Translations under genes and position numbers: made by a program
Shown: positions 47,515 through 57,628 of the stretch, in pieces
Numbering within the stretch: position 1 is the first letter of the stretch
How the letters are laid out: each line of letters starts with the position of its first letter
Origin: an uncultured virus (IMG/VR IMGVR_UViG_3300017971_003573)
Taxonomy: Duplodnaviria; Heunggongvirae; Uroviricota; Caudoviricetes
Direction: 5' to 3' (one strand)
Virus record (IMG/VR): IMGVR_UViG_3300017971_003573
Length of the DNA: 64,000 nt
The notes under the pieces: generated by a model
Seen by the model: only the letters and a program-made list of their open reading frames with translations
The model's database searches: none
Told to the model about the DNA's origin: nothing

Positions 47515-48004
47515 AGAAACGTGCGTGAAGCGGATCATCGGCAACGCCGGTGGGAAGCCGCACGTCGCCGTGCGTGATGCCAAGATGGAGGGCTACGAGT
47601 TTGCCGATTTCGAGTATCTCGAAGCCATGACACCCTTTCCGGTGACCTTGTTTGGCGCACGGATCCCTTGGATGCACCAGGTCGGGATTCCGCAGCTTTT
47701 CGGCTCGGAGTTCACGAAGACCACGTTTTTCAAGGAATACACGAAGGGCCTTGCCCAGCTTGACATCAAAGACACGGAGCGACGTGTCGGGCTGGTCTTC
47801 CGCTGGCCGGGAATATCCCGTGGCGGCGGTGCAATGGTCTTGCACAACTACCCCGTTATGATGCAAAATATAGCGGACCCGGATCTGAGAGAGGAGCGTG
47901 GAACCAGGATTGTCCGACCATTCGGCAATCCCGTCGTCATTTACGTGATCGAAGCGTTCCAGGACTTCCTCCTCACGGTTGGCACAGACTGGTATCAGGA
48001 ATAG
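47447..48004 (+). CDS. hypothetical protein
   Basis: GGAGG RBS; overlaps the end of the recA-like gene. Confidence 0.6.
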   Translation: MGWLDPTPEQLQEKWDRQRRSFEETCVKRIIGNAGGKPHVAVRDAKMEGYEFADFEYLEAMTPFPVTLFGARIPWMHQVGIPQLFGSEFTKTTFFKEYTKGLAQLDIKDTERRVGLVFRWPGISRGGGAMVLHNYPVMMQNIADPDLREERGTRIVRPFGNPVVIYVIEAFQDFLLTVGTDWYQE

Positions 48005-48010
48005 TTTGTC

Positions 48011-49153
48011 ATGGAAGCCCGCCGCGCACCTGTAACACTGCACGTCCGCCCGTCACGCCATTACTTCAGGCGTGGCCAGGCGGACGAGCTAGCTGCGCTG
48101 CTTGAAACCATGGAGAGCGAAACCACCATCACGCCGTTGATGTCGCCGACCGAGCTGTTGCTCGACAACAACGGATACACGCGTGATGGCTACCGACTTA
48201 CCACCTTGAGCTTCAAGGAGGTGTGCCACTTCATCTGCCCTGGCTCGAAGGTCATGCTCAACGACCTCGCCGGGATGACCGGCAAGCGAGGGCAAGATGA
48301 TCCGCTCAGCGACGGTACCATGGCCGTCAATTTCTTCAATGAAGTCCTTGATCTGCGGTTCCCGTTGTTGGAAGGCTATCGTGTCATCCGCAACGAACGG
48401 CAGAAGCTCATTGAAGGTATTGTCGGCTCGAAGCAGCGCATCCTGGACAACCTGACCCTCTTTAATCAGACCCAGGAAACGATCAGGACGGTCTCGGAAG
48501 AGAGCGAGTTCTGGTCGGCGGCCATCCTCGGTCGCAAAATGCTGCTGTGGTATCGCAAACCGGATCCGCTGTTCAGTCGCACCATTGCCAGAGACAACGT
48601 CCTGCGATTCTTTCCCGGTTACTACTTCTGTAACGGAGAGGCTCGCGGCACGTCTGTCCGAGGCACCACTGCGATCTACACCAGACACGGAGTCTGCCTC
48701 GGCCCCTACGACGAGTACGGTGGTCGCCTGGCCCACATTGGGCGAGATTTCAACCGTCGCCTGGATAAGATGTTCGGGGCGATCCTATCCAAAGAGCTGC
48801 CCGTCAACGAGCTGGAAGCTGGATGCGACTCCATGTTCCAGCAACCGCTCGGGTACGCCGGACTGGATAAGGAGGGCCGCCAAGAGCGCAAATCGCAACT
48901 GACGCGAGCGCTGGCGGAATTGAAGGTGCCTTCGCGAATTGGCGAGGAGCTCGTGGATGACGCGGCGTTCCTCGGACATACCACTGAGCAAGAGCATACT
49001 CCACGTTACGACACTGAACGGTTGTTTCAATCACGGACGGTCTTCGATCTATTCTGTCGCCTCATAGGGACGGCACGGAAGATCAACACGCGCCGCCGTG
49101 AGATACTTGAGCGGGCCGGGTACCAAATGCTACTCGGCAAGTTCGCTGGATAA
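48011..49153 (+). CDS. hypothetical protein, weakly DUF932-like
   Basis: IEGIVGSKQRILDN...PGYYFCNGE.RGTSV. Confidence 0.5.
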   Translation: MEARRAPVTLHVRPSRHYFRRGQADELAALLETMESETTITPLMSPTELLLDNNGYTRDGYRLTTLSFKEVCHFICPGSKVMLNDLAGMTGKRGQDDPLSDGTMAVNFFNEVLDLRFPLLEGYRVIRNERQKLIEGIVGSKQRILDNLTLFNQTQETIRTVSEESEFWSAAILGRKMLLWYRKPDPLFSRTIARDNVLRFFPGYYFCNGEARGTSVRGTTAIYTRHGVCLGPYDEYGGRLAHIGRDFNRRLDKMFGAILSKELPVNELEAGCDSMFQQPLGYAGLDKEGRQERKSQLTRALAELKVPSRIGEELVDDAAFLGHTTEQEHTPRYDTERLFQSRTVFDLFCRLIGTARKINTRRREILERAGYQMLLGKFAG

Positions 49154-49162
49154 GGAGATGAA

Positions 49163-50128
49163 ATGGGACGCACGGCATTAAGCGATGCAGAGCGGCGAGC
49201 CAAAGAGGCCACCGCAGCCAGGCAGGAAGCCTTGGGCGAGATGAATCCCGCCCTTCGTAAGAAGGTTGAGCAGATCGAGAAGCTCACGAGCTCAACGCGA
49301 GAGAGCAACCTCATCTACTACCACAAGCTCGGGCAGCACGTACTCGACGTCCGGCAGAACGCCGATGGGCAGTACGGCACCAAGGTTGACAAGCCAATTA
49401 CGCTGCTGGAGAAGGCACTCTGGGTGCAGAAGCGAACGCTTCGCAAGGCAGCAACATTTGCCGACCTTTACAGCCAGGACGATCTGGACGAGCTGATCGG
49501 CATGTCCGACCCCGAGTCGTCGGTCCACGTCCACTGGGGCCACATGACCTACATCCTGACACTGGCCACCAAGGCACAGCGAAAGGAGTTCACCAAGATG
49601 GTGCTGACCAAGAAGATGGACCCGCCAGCGCTGCACGCGGCGATCAAACGTCGCCAGGGCAGCGGGAAAAAGGCCCACGGTCGCAAGATGGAGTGCCCGA
49701 AGACCATCCACGCCCAGATCCGTCAGATGATGGAAACAACGCGTGTGTGGCTTGGCAAGCACGACACTGTTTGGTACGGTGACGAGGTCAACATCATCGA
49801 GAACATCCTCGGTGCGACCCCGGAGGAAGTCGGGCAGGAAGACCTGGAGAACATGCAGGCACTGGTCGAACTGCTTCAGGAGATGACCCGCGTCAGCAAG
49901 GAGTTCCAGGCACCCGTCAAGAAGGCGGTAAAGGCCATGGAGAAGATCGTCAAGGAGCGGGACGCTACCAATCAGGCTGACGAGAGTCACGAAACGCTGG
50001 ACAAAGGCCGTCAACACCGTGCCATCGACATCAGCGGCGATGGCGGTGGGAACGGAAAACCAAAGGCCACGGCGCAAGCGAAGCCCAAGCTCCGCCGCCG
50101 GGCACAACAACCGCAACCAACAGGATAA
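49163..50128 (+). CDS. DUF1016/YhcG N-terminal-like domain protein
   Basis: YYHKLGQHV...YG...RTLRKAATFADLY...HWGHMTYIL...RKEF pattern; AGGAG RBS. Confidence 0.5.
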   Translation: MGRTALSDAERRAKEATAARQEALGEMNPALRKKVEQIEKLTSSTRESNLIYYHKLGQHVLDVRQNADGQYGTKVDKPITLLEKALWVQKRTLRKAATFADLYSQDDLDELIGMSDPESSVHVHWGHMTYILTLATKAQRKEFTKMVLTKKMDPPALHAAIKRRQGSGKKAHGRKMECPKTIHAQIRQMMETTRVWLGKHDTVWYGDEVNIIENILGATPEEVGQEDLENMQALVELLQEMTRVSKEFQAPVKKAVKAMEKIVKERDATNQADESHETLDKGRQHRAIDISGDGGGNGKPKATAQAKPKLRRRAQQPQPTG

Positions 50129-50190
50129 TCAACCCCCAACCTTAACCGCCGGACGTCCGCAAGTATTCCGGCAGAGGAATCTGAGCGTTC

Positions 50191-51117
50191 ATGGGCAATG
50201 ACCTGTTTACGATCTTCGTATTGCTATACGGGGACTGGACCCCGTTAGCAATGCGATGTATCGATTCCATTATTGACGGGGCGACCGAGGTCTGCCCGGA
50301 GAACATCCGGGTCGGCGTCAATCAAGGCTCCGCCGAGACGTACGACTACCTATCGTTGCTTGTCAATGATGGGCGGTTGTACGACTGCAACATCTACTGG
50401 TCGCAAGAGAACATCCACAAGTATCCTATGATGCGGCAGATGTTCTACGACCCTGACAACCCGATCGAGACCGACTACGTGATGTGGTTCGACGATGACT
50501 CGTTCATCAAGCCACGTAACGATGCCGCGTTCCTCCGCGACATCGAGTCTTCGATCAACAACCGAGGCGTCGGTGGTATGCCGCAGATGCTCGGCGGCGT
50601 CTATACGATCCGACTCATGCCACAACAGGAAGAGTGGATCAAGGCGCAGCCGTGGTACACTGGCTCCCGTATCTCGAACCCGATGCGGTTCGCCACCGGG
50701 GGTTGGTGGGTGCTCGACACCCAGATCATGCGGTCGCTTGACTACCCGTGGAAGTGCCTCGACCATCGAGGTGGCGACGTCATGCTCGGCGCTGCGATCG
50801 AGCAGCAGGGCATCGTCCTGCGAAACTTCCGTCACGGTGTGGCGATCAACGCCGACTTGCAAGGTCGCGAGAGTAAGGCCGACCGCCGTGGGTTCGATCA
50901 GCCGCCGCTTGGCGTCAACGGACCTGTCACGCCGGACATGCCGCCGTGCCAGCCCGCCGTGATGCTCTCCGATCTCAGTGGCATGCCGACCCATTTGTCC
51001 CGCCTGGCGGCGAGACATGCCCGGCAGCAAGCAGACGCGGTGGAAGCCGTCGACGACTTTACTGCAAAGGCCACGGAGGGACGAACCAAACGACTCAGAA
51101 ACGTATTGGACCTGTGA
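50191..51117 (+). CDS. GT2-like glycosyltransferase
   Basis: FTIFVLLYG..RCIDSI; YVMWFDDDS (DxD); FATGGWW; GGDV. Confidence 0.7.
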   Translation: MGNDLFTIFVLLYGDWTPLAMRCIDSIIDGATEVCPENIRVGVNQGSAETYDYLSLLVNDGRLYDCNIYWSQENIHKYPMMRQMFYDPDNPIETDYVMWFDDDSFIKPRNDAAFLRDIESSINNRGVGGMPQMLGGVYTIRLMPQQEEWIKAQPWYTGSRISNPMRFATGGWWVLDTQIMRSLDYPWKCLDHRGGDVMLGAAIEQQGIVLRNFRHGVAINADLQGRESKADRRGFDQPPLGVNGPVTPDMPPCQPAVMLSDLSGMPTHLSRLAARHARQQADAVEAVDDFTAKATEGRTKRLRNVLDL

Positions 51118-51497
51118 TGGAACTAACACACAGCCGCCTCAACGTCGAGGCTTACCAACCGAACATGGAGTCACCACCGCACGATGTCATCCGACGAGAG
51201 CCGGGTGACATCTGGCTGGTGTCGCATCAGCCGATCCTGATGGATCGTCCAATCCAGTGGTCCCACCATCAAAAGAAGGACCACGTCTACATCCCGCTCG
51301 TGCCTTATCTCACGCAAACGGATCCCGAGCTGGCCATGGCCTTCATGCTCCAACTCGGCTGCCGGGTGTCATTCGACGTCGGCAAGCCCATCAAGCGATT
51401 GCACATCGTGACCGGGCATCCATTGCATCAGGTGATGCACGACGATACAAACTGTTGGCAAGTCCAGATCGGACTTGGCCTAGTCCTTGAAAAGTAG
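51117..51497 (+). CDS. hypothetical protein
   Basis: TGATG coupling. Confidence 0.55.
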   Translation: MELTHSRLNVEAYQPNMESPPHDVIRREPGDIWLVSHQPILMDRPIQWSHHQKKDHVYIPLVPYLTQTDPELAMAFMLQLGCRVSFDVGKPIKRLHIVTGHPLHQVMHDDTNCWQVQIGLGLVLEK

Positions 51498-51511
51498 GAG
51501 AAAGATCCGCT

Positions 51512-51865
51512 ATGCCAGAACCAGGCAAGAAACCGAAGCTCGAATCGTGCCTCGACGCCATTGAGGGCCAGGTTGCCCTGCTCCGTGAGGAGAGCAACCT
51601 ATACCAGCACATGAAGCGCGTGCTTCAGCAGGCCGAGGAGGGCGACGGTACGATCAACATGGAAGGTGTCGGACTGAAGCTGTCACTTGGTGACATCGAC
51701 GTGCCGCTGCCAGTACCAACCGATCCCGAGGCCGTCCGCAACCACGTCGAGGAGGCCGTTGGCTTCCTGGGCGAGGCCGTGATCCAGCGATGGCAGGCCA
51801 TCCACAACGTCGCAACGGACGCCAGTGAACACTGCGCTGCTGCGGCGGCTGCTGCGGAGGGTTAG
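51512..51865 (+). CDS. hypothetical protein
   Basis: AGGAG RBS. Confidence 0.6.
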   Translation: MPEPGKKPKLESCLDAIEGQVALLREESNLYQHMKRVLQQAEEGDGTINMEGVGLKLSLGDIDVPLPVPTDPEAVRNHVEEAVGFLGEAVIQRWQAIHNVATDASEHCAAAAAAAEG

Positions 51866-51868
51866 CGT

Positions 51869-52033
51869 TTGATCTGTAACCGATGTAACACACCGATAAA
51901 CCGGCCTGGCCGGTGTCCCCGGTGCGGCTGTCCTGAATATCGCCTGGAGGTGCATAATGGCCAAGAAGAAGACGGTCAAGAAGAAGACCGCCAAGAAGGC
52001 GGCCAAGAAGAAGACCACCAAGAAGGCGGTTAA
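51869..52033 (+). CDS. small Zn-ribbon peptide with an acidic tail (54 aa; not in the track)
   Basis: GGAGG then TTG; CNRC...CPRCGC...QEEDGQEED. Confidence 0.45.
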   Translation: MICNRCNTPINRPGRCPRCGCPEYRLEVHNGQEEDGQEEDRQEGGQEEDHQEGG

Positions 52034-52133
52034 GAAGGCCAAGAAGGCTACGAAGAAGAAAGCGCCCAAGCCAGCGGCAGAGCCGCGTAAGGCGTATACC
52101 GAAGGTGGCCCACCGGGGTTCGAGACAAGATGA
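51957..52133 (+). CDS. histone H1-like Lys/Ala-rich small protein (58 aa; not in the track)
   Basis: GGAGG RBS; MAKKKTVKKKTAKKAAKKKTTKKAVKKAKKATKKKAPK... Confidence 0.7.
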   Translation: MAKKKTVKKKTAKKAAKKKTTKKAVKKAKKATKKKAPKPAAEPRKAYTEGGPPGFETR

Positions 52134-52991
52134 ATGTCAGAGTTCCCGAAATACAATCTCACCGCCATTATGAATCGGCGAGATGCCCTGTACCATCGGG
52201 TTCTGATCCCGTTTGGTCGGATCACCATCCAAGGGCATTTTGTCGACGAACTAATTGGGCAAATCCGCAGGCGGCTTCCGGCCACTGTGCGATATGACAC
52301 CGTATTCGAGAGCGTAAGGAATCTTGTCGGCGTTGTACTCACTGAGGAGTTAGCATGGCAAACAGCGTGGAGGTTGGCGGGCAACGCCCACCGGATGGCG
52401 AAGGGACAACCTGCGCCGCTCTGGGCGGCTCAACAAGAACCCGAGTGGGTACCTCTGCACGCTGCCTCCGCGCTTCTAAGCCGCAACGCTCGCGGTCGTC
52501 TCGGTTACAACTACAAGCTGAAGATCCTCGCAGGCTCGCCGTGTCCGCTGACGACGACGGCATTCTGGTCTCGCGAGTTTCTTTCGTTCCTGGCCCAGCA
52601 AGTAGGCTTCTCGGCTCCATGGAACGATTACCCGTACAGTCACGGCACGGAGCTGGTACACCTGTACTTCATGGGGAGGGTCGATCCGATCCGCAGTCGT
52701 TTCGAGCCAACCTTCTCCGAGTTCGGCGCGACGCCGTCGATGATCAAACGGAACCGCGAACGCGTGCTCCGGGTACGCAAGCGGTTCAGGGCTGCCTGTC
52801 CTTATGGCTGGGGCCACGAGTGTTATCGGTGCGTCAAGGGATACGACGAGTGTCCCGGAGGAACGCACCGGCTGAACTACGTTCGGAAGCTCTGTGTAAC
52901 GTGTGGGAATGATTCCCACTTTGACTACGAAGTGAATCGAGACAAATGTGTGATGTGTACCAAAAAGGAAAGGCTCCAATATGAGCAGTGA
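52134..52991 (+). CDS. hypothetical protein with a Cys-rich C-terminus
   Basis: CP..HECYRC..C..H, CVTC, CVMC. Confidence 0.6.
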   Translation: MSEFPKYNLTAIMNRRDALYHRVLIPFGRITIQGHFVDELIGQIRRRLPATVRYDTVFESVRNLVGVVLTEELAWQTAWRLAGNAHRMAKGQPAPLWAAQQEPEWVPLHAASALLSRNARGRLGYNYKLKILAGSPCPLTTTAFWSREFLSFLAQQVGFSAPWNDYPYSHGTELVHLYFMGRVDPIRSRFEPTFSEFGATPSMIKRNRERVLRVRKRFRAACPYGWGHECYRCVKGYDECPGGTHRLNYVRKLCVTCGNDSHFDYEVNRDKCVMCTKKERLQYEQ

Positions 52992-54042
52992 CATGATGGA
53001 GGTTCCCAAGGAAACCTTGGTCAACCAGCCCCACTACAACCCCGCCCTGAACGACCTTCGCTGGAAGAAGTTCGAGATCGGCACCCACGGCTTCGTCTGC
53101 CTCGTCGACGTCATGGGAAGCGACGCGGCCATCGCTCAGGCCGCCCGCGTCAGTTACGGGGCCGGAACGCAGAAGGTCCACAACGACGAGGGCTTGATCC
53201 GCTACCTGATCCGCCACCGACACACGACTCCGCTGGAGATGTGCGAGGTGAAGCTGTTGGTGAAGGTGCCCATGGATACGTGGCGGCAGTGGATCCGCCA
53301 CCGAACCGCCAGCGTCAACGAGTACAGCACTCGTTACTCCGAGGCGATCGACGAGCGCCACTGCATGGGGCCGCAAGAGTGGCGGCTTCAATCCCAAGGC
53401 AATCGCCAGGGGAGCGATGGCGAGCTGGAGGATCAGTGGCCGGAGGGTTGGTATCCTGCAAAGTGCTACAACAGGATTAACGAAAAAGATGAGTTCGTCA
53501 TCGCCAGGCCCGAGGGCGATCCTCGCGTAAAAGGCGATCTGTTCGAGACAGCACCTACGCCAGGCGAGTATCTGTCCACCGAGGAGCAACTACTCCACGA
53601 GCACATCCAGGCTGTCTACGCCGAGCGACTTGCCTTTGGCGTCGCCCGCGAAGTTGCCCGCAAGGATCTTCCGCTGTCGACCTACACGATGGCCTACTGG
53701 AAGATCGACCTCCACAACCTCCTGCACTACCTCGGGCTCCGCATGGATCCCCACGCTCAGCAGGAGATCCGAGAGTACGCCACGACCATCGGGGAAGAGA
53801 TCGTCAAGTGGGTCTTCCCGGTCACGTACCAGGCGTTCCTCGACTACAAGCTGCATGCGACGACCCTGACGGCGTTGGATCAGCAGATGGTGGGCAGGCT
53901 GGCAGACACCAGCACGATGCCGCCGTACTCGCTCCGGGACTTCAACGACTGCCTTCCCGAGGTGTGGAAGGGCGAACGGAACCGTGAGCGGGATGAGTGT
54001 TTGGACAAGCTCCGTCGTATGGGGCTTGTCCGCAAGGACTGA
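52981..54042 (+). CDS. thyX: flavin-dependent thymidylate synthase
   Basis: AARVSY, HTTPLE, RHRTASVNEYSTRY, REVAR..LP, HAQQEIR. Confidence 0.95.
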   Translation: MSSDMMEVPKETLVNQPHYNPALNDLRWKKFEIGTHGFVCLVDVMGSDAAIAQAARVSYGAGTQKVHNDEGLIRYLIRHRHTTPLEMCEVKLLVKVPMDTWRQWIRHRTASVNEYSTRYSEAIDERHCMGPQEWRLQSQGNRQGSDGELEDQWPEGWYPAKCYNRINEKDEFVIARPEGDPRVKGDLFETAPTPGEYLSTEEQLLHEHIQAVYAERLAFGVAREVARKDLPLSTYTMAYWKIDLHNLLHYLGLRMDPHAQQEIREYATTIGEEIVKWVFPVTYQAFLDYKLHATTLTALDQQMVGRLADTSTMPPYSLRDFNDCLPEVWKGERNRERDECLDKLRRMGLVRKD

Positions 54043-54063
54043 ACTCGAAACCAAGGAAGAAGA

Positions 54064-54483
54064 ATGAAACTGGCATGTGCATGCAGCAGTGCTTTGGCCC
54101 ACGAATTCAACACCATCGTGATCGACATCAACGAGGCATACGTTGCCTGGTTGCTCGACAAGGTGGAGAAGGGCAAGGAGCTCCGAGCGGCGGACACCGA
54201 GTTCTACGCGCTGGAGTATTTCGACTACCACGCCGAATACTACCCGATGCTCGATGAGCTTACGACCATCGACGCCAAGGGTGAAGACTTCATCGTGCTG
54301 CCGTGCGATTGGGAACCCTCCCAGGAATCCCTGCGGACGGACCTGAACACGGTGGTCGTCGGTATTGACCATATCCAGTGGACTGCGAGTCCGAAGAACG
54401 GAAGCTCTGGCGAGAGACTGGAATCCCCATTCCTCTCGGTCAACTTCCTTCGGGCCAGGCAACAGGAGCTTGCTGCGGCATAA
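54064..54483 (+). CDS. hypothetical protein
   Basis: 139-aa ORF. Confidence 0.55.
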   Translation: MKLACACSSALAHEFNTIVIDINEAYVAWLLDKVEKGKELRAADTEFYALEYFDYHAEYYPMLDELTTIDAKGEDFIVLPCDWEPSQESLRTDLNTVVVGIDHIQWTASPKNGSSGERLESPFLSVNFLRARQQELAAA

Positions 54484-54926
54484 TGGGACGCAAAAAGAAC
54501 AAGTCGACACGGAACTCGCCATGCTCGTGTGGAAGTGGCAAGAAGTTCAAGAACTGCTGCCAGAACAAGCCGATCATGTCGAGGCCGGAGTCGACTGCAC
54601 CCCGATTACGGCGACGGCCACAACGAGCCGCAGGCTCCGTGGCCCTCGCCACGCTCAACGCCGTGACGGACGCCAACATCCAGTTGGACAACGTCGCGGG
54701 AGCGATGCACCGGGCCGGGTTCACCGACGCACAAATCTATGCGTACGGGAAGACCGGCAGGATTGTCAACGAAACCAGCCGCGAGGCACTGCCGCCGTCG
54801 CTCGTCCAAGAGTGGGACGACGCGATTGCGGAGTACAAAGCGGCGAATCCCGAAGAGAACAATGCGAACGATACAGACGACGTTCAAGAAACTACACCCG
54901 CTGGCCAAGAGCCCGCAGAAGAGTGA
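54483..54926 (+). CDS. SEC-C motif protein
   Basis: RNSPCSCGSGKKFKNCC. Confidence 0.75.
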   Translation: MGRKKNKSTRNSPCSCGSGKKFKNCCQNKPIMSRPESTAPRLRRRPQRAAGSVALATLNAVTDANIQLDNVAGAMHRAGFTDAQIYAYGKTGRIVNETSREALPPSLVQEWDDAIAEYKAANPEENNANDTDDVQETTPAGQEPAEE

Positions 54927-55335
54927 CGAGCTCGATCTGGGCTACGACTTCTTCGTCGTGCCCGACGAGAAGTGGTGGGAGGACAAGGAGACCGGCGAGC
55001 TGAAGATGGTTATTCAGCCTGGCGGTTCCTACCTGTTCCACCTGGGTATCGCTACTGCCATCGAAGACGGCTTTGGCTGCCTTCTGTGGGACCGCTCCGG
55101 CATGGGCGGCAAGCGATTGCTCCACCGTCTGGCCGGTGTGATCGATGGCACGTACCGAGGCGAGTGGTTGGTCCGGCTGGTCAATCACTCCAGCCAGCCG
55201 CAGACTTTCCACGTCGGCGATCGGATCATCCAAGGTGTGATCACCGAGGTGATCAACGGTACGTGGGACGAAACCGAGGGCGAGCTGCCAGAGTCCCAGC
55301 GGGGCGAGGGCGGCTTCGGAAGCTCAGGAGACTAA
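54862..55335 (+). CDS. dut: trimeric dUTPase
   Basis: GYD, DRSG, GVIDGTYRGE, GDRIIQ, RGEGGFGSSG. Confidence 0.92.
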   Translation: MRTIQTTFKKLHPLAKSPQKSDELDLGYDFFVVPDEKWWEDKETGELKMVIQPGGSYLFHLGIATAIEDGFGCLLWDRSGMGGKRLLHRLAGVIDGTYRGEWLVRLVNHSSQPQTFHVGDRIIQGVITEVINGTWDETEGELPESQRGEGGFGSSGD

Positions 55336-55336
55336 C

Positions 55337-56119
55337 ATGTCAGAGGGTAAGACACCCCAACGCGTCAACGTGCGACCCAAGGGCGGCAACGAGCCGCTCT
55401 ACTCCCCACAGCGGGATCTCGCCTACATCTACGCCCCTGCGATGAAGGAGGCGATCCGCGCACTGGACAGAGACCAGTGGACGGAGACCTTCAAGATCCT
55501 CATCACGAGGCTCCAGCTCACCGAGGCGGACATCAGCGCGGCGGTCGGCTGCATCGTCGAGGCGCACAAGCTGTTCGTCAACGTGCCCACCATCAAGACG
55601 GCGGAGGACGCGCTGGTGCAGGCGGGTTGGTATGAGTGCCACTTCGGCGCTCGCTACCTGATCTATGGTCGCCTTGGCGAGGTCATCCTCGGCGGCTTCT
55701 TCCTGGCGCTGCGGGACGTCTCACCCTACGCGGACGAGTCGGCCCAGCAGCACCAGATCGCAGACTTCATCGCAGAGGGCGTTGGCGTTGCCAATCGGCT
55801 GTCGAAGCAAATGGATACAGCCACGCCTGCCGGGTACGACTATCGACACGATGCCGAGGTCGCCAGGCAGGAGCTCGACCTCCTGCGAAAGGCTCACGCG
55901 GAGCACAAGGCGTTCGCTGCGGAGTCATACAAAGTCGCTGTCGACCGTGCTCACGATGAGAACATGCGGGCGCACGCGAATTTCAAGGCACTCGGCGACG
56001 CGCTGGATGCCTACAACACCTCTGGGTTCTGGAGCCGCGTATGGCACGCCATCACCGGGGCTCGGATCCGTGTGAACTGGCCCGACAAAGAGACGACGAA
56101 CTCGCAACCATCGGAATGA
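55337..56119 (+). CDS. hypothetical protein
   Basis: AGGAG RBS. Confidence 0.65.
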   Translation: MSEGKTPQRVNVRPKGGNEPLYSPQRDLAYIYAPAMKEAIRALDRDQWTETFKILITRLQLTEADISAAVGCIVEAHKLFVNVPTIKTAEDALVQAGWYECHFGARYLIYGRLGEVILGGFFLALRDVSPYADESAQQHQIADFIAEGVGVANRLSKQMDTATPAGYDYRHDAEVARQELDLLRKAHAEHKAFAAESYKVAVDRAHDENMRAHANFKALGDALDAYNTSGFWSRVWHAITGARIRVNWPDKETTNSQPSE

Positions 56120-56865
56120 CGATGAATACCTTCTTCCGTACAGACCTGAGCGAAGACGAATTCTTCTCGCTGATCGAGTTTCCCGAGAACTACTTCATCT
56201 TCGACTTGGAGACATGCGGCTTCAGCCCTCGCAAAGACCTCATCGTCGAGGTCGGCTGGGCTGTCGTCCGCGACCGCCAGATCGTCAACTGCGAAGGCAT
56301 GTTGTTGGACTGGACGCGGATGCCATGGGTTGATCAGCACTGGCTACGTAATCAGCTCCTCCGGGTCGAGAGGGCCTACACGGAGAAGGGCCGTGCGTGG
56401 AACATTCCATACGAACGGCTCGCCGATGAGGGCGTGGAGCCTCTTGAAGGGCTCGCTGTCATGGGGCAGCTTCTCCACGAGTCCGTATTGGACGATGAGT
56501 GGATCGTCGGTCACAATGCCTGGGGCTTCGACCGCAGGATGATCGACGGTGCCACATCCCGCTTCCTCAAGCTGAAGATCCCGTGGAAGCCGGGAGCCAT
56601 CTTCGATACAGGGCTCATGGAGAAGGCGGCCCAGTTACACCGTCCGCAGCAGCCTGGCGAGTCGCGTGACGAGTGGTATGGCCGCGTATCGGCCAACCGC
56701 GCTAGCATCCAGTGGAACCTCGACGGCCACTGTGTGCAGAAATACAAACTGGTGGAGAGGTTCAACCTCGACTTGTCGGAGATGCACCAAGCTGGTTTTG
56801 ACTGCATCTTCACCCACTGCCTTTTTGAAACCTTCAGACAAATTGCAGAGGCGTACGATGGCTGA
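56116..56865 (+). CDS. DEDDh 3'-5' exonuclease (DnaQ-like)
   Basis: IFDLETCG, VGHNAWGFD, HQAGFD. Confidence 0.85.
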   Translation: MTMNTFFRTDLSEDEFFSLIEFPENYFIFDLETCGFSPRKDLIVEVGWAVVRDRQIVNCEGMLLDWTRMPWVDQHWLRNQLLRVERAYTEKGRAWNIPYERLADEGVEPLEGLAVMGQLLHESVLDDEWIVGHNAWGFDRRMIDGATSRFLKLKIPWKPGAIFDTGLMEKAAQLHRPQQPGESRDEWYGRVSANRASIQWNLDGHCVQKYKLVERFNLDLSEMHQAGFDCIFTHCLFETFRQIAEAYDG

Positions 56866-57628
56866 TGAAGCCGCCACGGAAGAACAGACCGAATCGACTC
56901 CGCCCAAGAAACCGGCGAAGAAGAGGGCGTCAAAGAAGGCCGCCAAGAAGGCGAAGAAGGCCAAGAAGCCACCCACGTCGCCGAAGACGGCGGACAAGGT
57001 GACCGAGGGGAAGCTCTACATCACCAAAGACCCGAGGGTCTATGCGGAGAACCTACCCCGAATCATCCGACCGCACAAGCGACTGGTCGGCCTCGACTTG
57101 GCCAACTCGACTGGCGTCACATTCTGCGACGTCATCCCCGGGCACCCGGTCAAGGGCGCCCATCTCGTCATGGGTCAGTGGGATCTGTCCCTTGGCGACT
57201 ACGACTCCGGCCCGCTCCGGCACATCCGGTTGAAGACCTTCCTCGCTCACTTGCAGCCCGACGTGCTGCTGTTCGAGGAGGTGAAGTACGTGGGGCAGAA
57301 CACACCGCCCGGCATGAACAAGATGAACCTGACGGCCCTGGTCGCCCGCGCGGTGACGGGGGCACAGATGGTTGCCAGCCTGGCGACGACGTTGACGACC
57401 TGGTGTGAGGAGAACGAGATTCCCACCGAGGGTATCCCGATCGGTGTGTTGAAGAAATACGCCACGGGGCAGGGCAGTGCCAACAAGGAGGACATGATCA
57501 AGGCGTGCAACGAGAAGTTCGGGACCGACTTCGATCCCGAGACCTACAAGAGCACCGGCGTCGACAACATTGCCGACTCGGCGTTCCTGTGCGCCTTGGC
57601 CGTCCAGAACTATACGGAGACGGCATGA
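56858..57628 (+). CDS. RuvC-like Holliday junction resolvase with a Lys-rich N-terminal extension
   Basis: LVGLDLANSTG, LFEEV, LKKYATGQGSANKEDM, DNIADS. Confidence 0.8.
   Translation: MADEAATEEQTESTPPKKPAKKRASKKAAKKAKKAKKPPTSPKTADKVTEGKLYITKDPRVYAENLPRIIRPHKRLVGLDLANSTGVTFCDVIPGHPVKGAHLVMGQWDLSLGDYDSGPLRHIRLKTFLAHLQPDVLLFEEVKYVGQNTPPGMNKMNLTALVARAVTGAQMVASLATTLTTWCEENEIPTEGIPIGVLKKYATGQGSANKEDMIKACNEKFGTDFDPETYKSTGVDNIADSAFLCALAVQNYTETA

Noticed and set aside
53420..53580. Insertion in ThyX as a possible intein or intron
   Set aside because: Only ~50 aa, in frame, with no intein terminal residues; more likely a variable loop.
54047..54057. Partial match (GAAACCAAGGA) to the 19-bp motif region; similar at about 61719
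   Set aside because: Lacks the GGCGGTAATTA half and may only reflect RBS context.
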